From Octopus bimaculoides (taxonomy: Eukaryota), in assembly GCF_001194135.2 (NCBI RefSeq), contig NC_068984.1, positions 147,251,472 to 147,293,848 on the forward strand: 42,377 nt of DNA, read 5' to 3'. Shown one piece after another: positions 33,716-42,377 of the stretch (positions are counted from its first letter, which is position 1; every line of letters starts with the position of its first letter). The notes beneath the pieces are model-generated. The model made no database searches. It was given only the letters and a program-made list of their open reading frames with translations, and had not been told where the DNA came from. Position numbers and translations under genes: made by a program.

Positions 33716-34321
33716 CATGTGTGAGTGTATGTGTTTGTTTGTGTATCTCAAACACACACGCACGTGAACATACACACCCCAACACACACACACACACAAA
33801 CCTACGCACACATACATCGAAACAAAGAGAAGTATACATCAATACAAAACCACATACGCACTGCGCACACACGCACACAAGCATACACACACACACACAC
33901 ACACACGCAAACACACCCTCGTGTACATGTGTACCCATAAATACTAACACGTGACTACTGATAATACACGGTTTTTACCTGAAATCCTAAACCACGATTC
34001 TTCATTAAAATACTGCGCCGAAGTTCTTTTACTTCGCATGCCTTAAATTTAGTGTAAAACTCTGTGGCACAAATGTCAGCACTTAATGAAAAATTTGAAA
34101 TTAGTTTCTCTGCCATCACCAAATTTTTTTTTTTTTTTTTTTTGAGGAAAACAGGAATAGAATGAAATAAATTATAAAGTGAAGAGAATAAAATAAATGA
34201 CAGAATGTAAAGTAAAAAGCGAATAACGTGAGATGATGCAATCTTCATCCTTCGTTTGATGCTGGTTTCGTTGGAACGTCACTGGAACGAAGAGCAATTG
34301 ATGCATTTGTGTACATGTATG

Positions 34322-34389
<68 letters not shown>

Positions 34390-34401
34390 TGTGTGTGTTT
34401 C

Positions 34402-34762
34402 TTTTATTTGTTACTTGTTTCAGTCATTAGACTGCGGCCATGCTGGGGCACTGCCTTGAATAAATTTTAGTGGAATGAATTGACTCGGTACTTTTTTCTT
34501 TTGAAAGCCTGGTACTTATTCTGTCCGTCTTTTTATCGAACCGCTAGATTTCGGGGATGCAAACACACAAACACCAGTTATCAAGCAGCGTTGAAGAACA
34601 AACTCTGACACAAAGAGAACACACACTCACACAAGCATACATATACGACAGGCTTCTTTCGGTTTCCGTCTACCAACATCTCCCAAAATCTCCTGCAGTG
34701 CGACTAAACCCTGAACCATGCACTTGTGAAGCACACTTACCACTCTGCCACTCCTGCGCCTA
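34402..34762 (-). mobile_element. SINE family A, near full length with internal deletion
   Basis: TTACTTGTTTCAGTCATTAGACTGCGGCCATGCTGGGGCAC...CCTGGTACTTATTCT...GAACCGCTAG...GGCTTCTTTCGGTTTCCGTCTACCAA...GAACCATG...CTTACCAC. Confidence 0.88.
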
Positions 34763-34854
34763 TTGGGAAAAGTAGTCATAGATCCCACCGAACACACACA
34801 CACACACACATACACACACACACACATACACGCACACACACATACACACACAAA

Positions 34855-35930
34855 CATATATATATCAGTTGAATAAAGTTAAAATAGTCTGATTTTCACG
34901 TTTTTATACATATATCAGTTGAATAAAGTTTTATACATATATCAGTTGAATAAAGTTAAAATAGTCTGATTTTCACGCTTTTATACATACAACACTCATC
35001 AGATTTCAAATGTGTTTCACTGACAGTTGAGTTCTTGACAACTTTAGTACCTCTTAGAACGCTGAATTTTTACAATACCTTTTTCATCAATCCGCATGCT
35101 CTTAAACACCACGGTTTATCAGGCGTACCCGGTATTCTGTAACTTGTTTATATTTATTAATCCGCATCTTTAACTGGTTGTTATATTATTGTTGTTATTT
35201 CCGCTCAGAACAGATTCGAACATTTTAATAAACCGTTTTTCTTTTATCTTTCTTCCAACCTCACTTGTGTCATATAGTTTGTAGAAAGGAAAAATTAGAA
35301 ATATTTTCTGACCACATGCTTCTATATATTCGCTCAATGGAATTTGGCGAACATTGGTGTTCCGGATTTGTTGTCTGTGAACTCGTGAGCGTTCCGATAG
35401 TGCAGTCCCTGTCTCGCCGATATATAATTACTCCGCAATTGGGGCATTTAATGCAGTTGATCGAATTTCTGCTTTTGCAGTTCATATCTGCATTTGCGAA
35501 AATCTGTCCATTTTTCGATCTGTGAATGTGTTATCCCGTTTGTTCGTGTTGACTTTTGCTTAAGATAAGTGTTGGATTAGTTACTATATTTTTTTTTTAT
35601 TTTTCACTTTTGTTTTATGATTGGTAAATTTGTTTTGATGATGTTAAAAATGTTTTGTAAATGCGGATTGTGTCTTACTAGAAATGGTATTGTGTTCTGC
35701 TGATGGGTTCGTATCTTTCGTGTCGCCCTAAGTTGTTCTGTAGGTATCTCTTTTGCTCGTTGTATGCTATTTTCTATAAGTAAGAGAGAGTCATTTTGCT
35801 TCAGCAGAAATCCTTTGAGTTCTTTAAGTGGTGTGTTTCTGGTATTTGCATTATTGACAGTAGTACAAGTTTTCCTGGCTACACAGAACGGGATGTTGCT
35901 TTTTTTTGAGTGTGTGTTGGGTGGCATGAT
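34855..35930 (-). mobile_element. Penelope-like element: RT thumb/linker, GIY-YIG and 3' terminal repeats
   Basis: ORF 35604-35927 NIPFCVARKTCT.V...IENSIQRAKEIP...IPF...HNP; ORF 35270-35485 MNCKSRNSINCIKCPNCGVIIY. Terminal ~50-bp unit duplicated 2.5x at 34855-34990; CTGATGA...GAAA motif at 34971-35002. Confidence 0.85.
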
Positions 35931-36965
35931 TTGAAATTTATATATATATATATATATATNNNNNNNNNNNNNNNNNNNNNNNNNNNNNNNNNNNNNNNNN
36001 NNNNNNNNNNNNNNNNNNNNNNNNNNNNNNNNNNNNNNNNNNNNNNNNNNNNNNNNNNNNNNNNNNNNNNNNNNNNNNNNNNNNNNNNNNNNNNNNNNNN
36101 NNNNNNNNNNNNNNNNNNNNNNNNNNNNNNNNNNNNNNNNNNNNNNNNNNNNNNNNNNNNNNNNNNNNNNNNNNNNNNNNNNNNNNNNNNNNNNNNNNNN
36201 NNNNNNNNNNNNNNNNNNNNNNNNNNNNNNNNNNNNNNNNNNNNNNNNNNNNNNNNNNNNNNNNNNNNNNNNNNNNNNNNNNNNNNNNNNNNNNNNNNNN
36301 NNNNNNNNNNNNNNNNNNNNNNNNNNNNNNNNNNNNNNNNNNNNNNNNNNNNNNNNNNNNNNNNNNNNNNNNNNNNNNNNNNNNNNNNNNNNNNNNNNNN
36401 NNNNNNNNNNNNNNNNNNNNNNNNNNNNNNNNNNNNNNNNNNNNNNNNNNNNNNNNNNNNNNNNNNNNNNNNNNNNNNNNNNNNNNNNNNNNNNNNNNNN
36501 NNNNNNNNNNNNNNNNNNNNNNNNNNNNNNNNNNNNNNNNNNNNNNNNNNNNNNNNNNNNNNNNNNNNNNNNNNNNNNNNNNNNNNNNNNNNNNNNNNNN
36601 NNNNNNNNNNNNNNNNNNNNNNNNNNNNNNNNNNNNNNNNNNNNNNNNNNNNNNNNNNNNNNNNNNNNNNNNNNNNNNNNNNNNNNNNNNNNNNNNNNNN
36701 NNNNNNNNNNNNNNNNNNNNNNNNNNNNNNNNNNNNNNNNNNNNNNNNNNNNNNNNNNNNNNNNNNNNNNNNNNNNNNNNNNNNNNNNNNNNNNNNNNNN
36801 NNNNNNNNNNNNNNNNNNNNNNNNNNNNNNNNNNNNNNNNNNNNNNNNNNNNNNNNNNNNNNNNNNNNNNNNNNNNNNNNNNNNNNNNNNNNNNNNNNNN
36901 NNNNNNNNNNNNNNNNNNNNNNNNNNNNNNNNNNNNNNNNNNNGCTGCTGCTACTGCTGCTGCTG

Positions 36966-37007
<42 letters not shown>

Positions 37008-38029
37008 TTACTTCTACTCCTACTACTGTTAATCATTATTTATAATTGTTGTTTTGTTGCTGCTACTGTAGTTGTTCTCCTCCTCCTCCTCCTCCTTTTC
37101 CAAATTATTATTATTATTATTATTATTATTGTTATTATTATTATTATTATTGCTGTTGTTGTTGTTGTTGTTGTTGTTGTTGTCGTCGTCGTTGTTACTG
37201 TTATTATATGCCAGCTTGAATGTAGGTTATTTGCTTAATGGTGAAGGACATGTCATTAACTTAAACATATCTTGATCGATCAACCGCAATCCTCTCAGCC
37301 AAGGCTCTCATCGCGGCAGTTGTTGTGTCGATTATCGCATCGCTGTTGCTGCTGCTGCTGGAAAATCACAGACATGTAACACAAACGCACAGACAGACTA
37401 ACTGGCATTCATTCACTGTTCTTTTACTTCTGCACACACATACACACACACTTACTTATATAGAGATTGTAGGAAGAGAGGACAAGAGAGGTGTACAACT
37501 GAAAGAGCTTTAAACACAGTTTCGTGAAGTTTTGCCGCATTTCAGGGCAGCTTCCCATTGTCAAAAGTAAAGCAGCCTACAAATTTATCCAGTTTGATAT
37601 TGTAGACTTTTAAAACTTCTGTATCGAAATCCCTTCATAGACTTAGGGACTCAGTTATTAATATAATTACAAACACTAGTATGTAACACATGTATCATAA
37701 GAATTCTAACGGATGAAAAGGGGTATTTACTCTTTATTCAACACTTCTTTCTATTATATATGCTGGACATTCACAATAAACGTACATCCCTCACAGTTCA
37801 GTCTTGTTCAGTGACGATGGCCCTGGTATTTACAAGGTGCATGGACAGCCACACTATAAAGAAATGTATGTTGAACTAAATAAAACTCTTCAAGATCCTC
37901 ATTCTTATTGTTCCAAATCTATATTTCTATTCCTCAATCGCTTTCTTTTCCTTCGTTAGCTTTTTTCACCGTTTGACTTTCTTTGCAAATACCACACCTC
38001 AACTTTTCTCTTCACAATCTCGTTAACCA

Positions 38030-38240
38030 TCCATCTTCATCGTCCACTATTCCTGGCAGGACTATAGAATGAAGAATCTTCTGGCACTATAACTCTATAG
38101 GTTCCTATCAGAAGCAACTGTCATTACATTTTCCAAAGGAATTCCTTAACGTGGCCAACTGAGACTATGGGTGTTATCCAACCATCTCGGTCTTGGAAGT
38201 CTTTTCTACGATTCTCTACACTGCTAACTGGATAATACTC
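38030..38240 (-). mobile_element. RTE LINE 3' end, same family as 2560-3044
   Basis: GAGATGGTTGGATAA...CAGTTGG...AGGAAT...TGTAATGAC...TCTGATAGGA...AGGAATAGTG aligns by eye with 2905-3047. Confidence 0.75.
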
Positions 38241-38413
38241 GGCAAGTTCTTTACCTCTGGAAATGTTAGAACGTTTACCCGTTGAAAACTAATACAGGTA
38301 CCGTTAACCAAACATGCAGGAGTGTACGCTTGCTTGTGTGTGTGATTGCGAGGGTATATATTAAAACACACACAAGAAATACACGCATATGTATACATAT
38401 ATATGCATGTATA

Positions 38414-38446
<33 letters not shown>

Positions 38447-39378
38447 NNNNNNNNNNNNNNNNNNNNNNNNNNNNNNNNNNNNNNNNNNNNNNNNNNNNNN
38501 NNNNNNNNNNNNNNNNNNNNNNNNNNNNNNNNNNNNNNNNNNNNNNNNNNNNNNNNNNNNNNNNNNNNNNNNNNNNNNNNNNNNNNNNNNNNNNNNNNNN
38601 NNNNNNNNNNNNNNNNNNNNNNNNNNNNNNNNNNNNNNNNNNNNNNNNNNNNNNNNNNNNNNNNNNNNNNNNNNNNNNNNNNNNNNNNNNNNNNNNNNNN
38701 NNNNNNNNNNNNNNNNNNNNNNNNNNNNNNNNNNNNNNNNNNNNNNNNNNNNNNNNNNNNNNNNNNNNNNNNNNNNNNNNNNNNTATATATATATATATA
38801 TATATGCGATATAATTGCACACGCGCAATTAGTCGGTTAATGCCATCAAGGAGGATATGATTGATTAATCCTTGTTTATTTCATTCACAACCTTATCTTA
38901 GAATCATAAAATACCAGTCTTATCGTGATTTCCGCTCAGCTTTCTTTGCCTGTCTAATCTTAAAATTCATTCCATTATTTCTGGCAATATCCAACTTATT
39001 CAGGAAAGGTCAAAAATAATTCTATATTATGCAAATGTTCTGTTTTATTTATTTATATTCTTTGCGCGCAATTTACATTTCTTGCATACGATGATGAAAT
39101 TCTTCACTCAAGTAGGTGAAGATATATTTAATGTTATTAAGCGTCTGAATAATTATATTCATTAGCATGTGTTTAAAAGACATTAAAAAATCAGCAATGT
39201 TACATTTGGTCCATGAGTTTCATTGAAAAGTAAGTTGTTTTTGTTAATTTTTTTGGTTGATAGAGTCATCTCCCTTTCAAACTTTGACGTCATTAAGATA
39301 ATTTACTTCAACCGGAAATTGGAATCAACGCTTGAGGCTCTATTAGTGATGGGGTTAAGTGAGTGTCAGCAGAGTTGG

Positions 39379-39430
<52 letters not shown>

Positions 39431-39558
39431 TAGATAGATAGGGAGACACACAAACACACAGGTAGAGAGAGAAAGAAGGACGGAATGAAAGAAAAAAAGA
39501 AAGAAAAGAGAGAAACAGACAGACAGACATACAGACAGACAGACAGACAGACAGACAT

Positions 39559-39652
<94 letters not shown>

Positions 39653-40384
39653 TCACATGCATATCTAAACAGAGATATATACATGTTCACAACTACATAT
39701 AGAGTTGCTCGGAAATAATTATAAACGTGCGACAAAAGAAGATATAACTTTAAAGTAATTTAAACCTGATTGACTCACTGGTCTGATTGAGTTGGACACT
39801 CCCGGACAATGTCCGAGTGTAACAGTTAGCATTTTGTCTTTTAGGTAGTTCATGTTGGAAAACAACAATATTTAAAGAATATTCTTTTTTTAACTTAAAT
39901 ATTATAGATTAATTTTTATTTTACGCGAACTCTATCTATTGTGTGCAATTTATATGTTTAGACAAAGGGCTTTTGTGTCCTTACAACTTTTGAGAGTATG
40001 GGACATCATAAATGAATAATTTTGTCTGTTAATTGTTTGACATGTAAAAGTTGACCAACGAACGGATAGAATGATACCACGGCTCTAAGAATGCTTGTCC
40101 CACATAAATTAACGCACACACAGACACGTTTTCAATCTTTAATCAAGAAAGAAGGCACTGCTTTTGATCCCTTATCTGTTGAACTGTTGGTGGTAGGTAT
40201 TCTCAAGCCGAATACCTGACCCAAATGTTCTCACCACTAAGGGCTCTGAAAGTATCAGGAGGTGTTGTTAAGCAAATGATGTGTTTAGTCTCTCTCTTAG
40301 CTTAGACATTGCAGGATTTGAACTCGGAAGACTAACAACCAGAACTAATACCACAAGGCCTTCTATCCAACGTTGTAACAAAAT

Positions 40385-40535
40385 CAGGCAATTTCGTCCA
40401 TCTTTCTGCTCCGAGTTCAAAGGTCACCGAAGTTGACTTTGCCTTTCATCCTTTCGAATTGTTGAGTAATGCGATCAATGTAATCGACTATCCCTCCTCC
40501 CTGAAATTGCTGGCCTTGAGCTAAAATTTGAAGTG
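40385..40535 (+). mobile_element. SINE family C
   Basis: CCGAGTTCAAA...CCGAAGTTGACTTTGCCTTTCATCCTTTCG...ATGTAATCGACT...GAAATTGCTGGCCTTG...AAAATTTGAA. Confidence 0.8.
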
Positions 40536-40711
40536 TGTACTTGTGTGTGCATGTGTGTGCGCGCGCGCTAATGTTTGTTTTATGTTTAGTTATTATAAAA
40601 ACAATTTTACATTAACCTCAGGGGTTACTGTACACTTTTGTAAAATACAACTTTATTCTTAAACAAGAACAATGCTGTCAGTAACTTATGTATGTATGTA
40701 TATATATACAT

Positions 40712-40758
<47 letters not shown>

Positions 40759-41688
40759 NNNNNNNNNNNNNNNNNNNNNNNNNNNNNNNNNNNNNNNNNN
40801 NNNNNNNNNNNNNNNNNNNNNNNNNNNNNNNNNNNNNNNNNNNNNNNNNNNNNNNNNNNNNNNNNNNNNNNNNNNNNNNNNNNNNNNNNNNNNNNNNNNN
40901 NNNNNNNNNNNNNNNNNNNNNNNNNNNNNNNNNNNNNNNNNNNNNNNNNNNNNNNNNNNNNNNNNNNNNNNNNNNNNNNNNNNNNNNNNNNNNNNNNNNN
41001 NNNNNNNNNNNNNNNNNNNNNNNNNNNNNNNNNNNNNNNNNNNNNNNNNNNNNNNNNNNNNNNNNNNNNNNNNNNNNNNNNNNNNNNNNNNNNNNNNNNN
41101 NNNNNNNATATATATATATATATATACAAAGTATGGGGGTTTAAATCACAGGTGGTCTAAACGATTAGGTACGCTAGGTAAGTGCTGTAACGGATATATA
41201 TAGTGTAAGACTGAAATTACAATGTTGGGAAATATACCCATTGTATGTAGTGGAATTCACTTATTTTTTATCGAATCAGAGGATTCCACTCGTAACTTCT
41301 CGTAAAATCGCAGTTATATTAACGATAGGAATACAGATATATGATAATGAGCCTTCTGACTTTTCGGCGCTTTTCACTCTACACATATGATTGCGTGTGT
41401 GAATATGTTTATAAATTACTTCGTGTATCCATCTATGTACTGTGAGTATATGTGTGTGTACGAATGCATTAGTGTTCTTTCGATTTCACGTTGAACACAT
41501 ACGAATTACACAGGCATGTATGCACAATTTACGCTATGCAAATGCATATACAAGCACATTTGTTTCCAAATGCAAGCATCTACTAACATCTTATTGTGTA
41601 AAGTAATGCATGAAGACTTACTGCAAAACACACTCACGCACACGTACGTCCATACACACGAACACCTAACAAATCTCACAAGCACAGT

Positions 41689-41721
<33 letters not shown>

Positions 41722-42117
41722 ATTCACGGTGCAGCGTACAGCGATGTAATGAAGTTATGTCGTTTGTGCAATTATGTGTAATGCGCTTGGAAGGCGGCCC
41801 AACATTTCTCGGTCACTTTCTTCTCATTCACCGCTTTTTATCTTATGTTTACCGTATTTGATGGCATAAAATACGCGCGAGCATATTACACTCACCCTAA
41901 TTTCAGCAGCATATATTCAAGAAAAATAGTTTTTAGTGTATTAAGGCAGGTAATATTTAAAGCAAGCCAGCAATACTTCACAAAACATTATAACAAAAGT
42001 ACCTTATAGCAGTTAAAATTACTGCATATAAGAAGTACGTTAGCAGCGCAGCTGAATATAAAGCTTGAAATGGCGATAGTGAAAACATCCAACACGTTTA
42101 TAGTAATAAACCGAGCA

Positions 42118-42377
42118 AGAAAAAGGAAAGCTGCAGACAAGCTTCCATTGCAGTTGAACATAAAAGAAAAAGGAAAGCTGCNNNNNNNNNNCATTGCAGT
42201 TGAACATAAAAGAAAAAGGAAAGCTGCAGACAAGCTTCCATTGCAGTTGAACATAAAGTAAAAGGAAAGCTGCAGACAAGCTTCCATTGCAGTTGAACAT
42301 AAAAGAAAAAGGAAAGCTGCAGACAAGCTTCCATTGCAGTTGAACATAAAAGAAAAAGGAAAGCTGCAGACGAGCTG
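42118..42377. repeat. 47-bp tandem repeat, at least 5.5 copies, continues beyond the window
   Basis: Unit GGAAAGCTGCAGACAAGCTTCCATTGCAGTTGAACATAAAAGAAAAA starts at 42125, 42172, 42218, 42264, 42311 and 42358; nearly identical copies. Confidence 0.95.

Larger units (their letters stand above)
4295..42191. other. 13 assembly gaps (N runs)
   Basis: Ns at 4295-4769, 5582-5736, 17924-17980, 20754-21613, 22717-23429, 24461-24829, 26560-26800, 27818-28253, 28918-29495, 35960-36943, 38447-38784, 40759-41107 and 42182-42191; most abut (TA)n. Confidence 0.99.

Noticed and set aside
33955-34125. Minus-strand open frame ending CAG|GTAAAA
   Set aside because: Preceded by poly-A rather than a pyrimidine tract with AG; no recognisable protein motif.
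39789-39813. Small GC-rich hairpin (ACACTC-CCGGACA A TGTCCG-AGTGT) as a Helitron 3' end
   Set aside because: No CTRR terminus at the expected distance on either strand.
2325-40535. tRNA genes, CRISPR arrays, prokaryotic terminators
   Set aside because: A/B-box-like motifs belong to degenerate SINE heads that cannot form cloverleaves; short repeats lack unique equal-length spacers; the DNA is eukaryotic.
4090-41203. Long ORFs in the track rich in X, YI, CV, HT, MYVC or poly-L/I
   Set aside because: They are translations of N-gaps and di-, tri- or tetranucleotide microsatellites, not genes.

Overview
Repeat-saturated, AT-rich animal genomic DNA from a gapped short-read assembly (13 N-gaps, most bordered by (TA)n). 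The SINE and microsatellite make-up points to an octopod cephalopod; that is an inference from recalled repeat sequences, not a database search. No intact host protein-coding gene can be supported: nearly all ORFs in the track are microsatellite, gap or transposon read-throughs. The window holds fragments of R4/Dong-clade (RLE-type), CR1/L2-like and RTE LINEs, three Penelope-like element (PLE) remnants, Tc1/mariner copies and MITEs, at least three tRNA-derived SINE families, fold-back repeats and a 47-bp minisatellite. Best leads: (1) two type I hammerhead ribozymes with fully canonical cores (6099-6201 minus; 27272-27328 plus) plus several degenerate or minimal hammerhead-like motifs at PLE ends, in unrelated sequence contexts; (2) a (TAA)n-centred nest at about 10.1-12.2 kb of R4/Dong pieces, including an apparent short internally deleted R4/Dong derivative, with a mariner MITE in the shared TAA tract; (3) a dense CRE/AP-1 motif cluster next to a candidate minus-strand 5' exon. 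Coordinates of degraded repeats are approximate (tens of bp).
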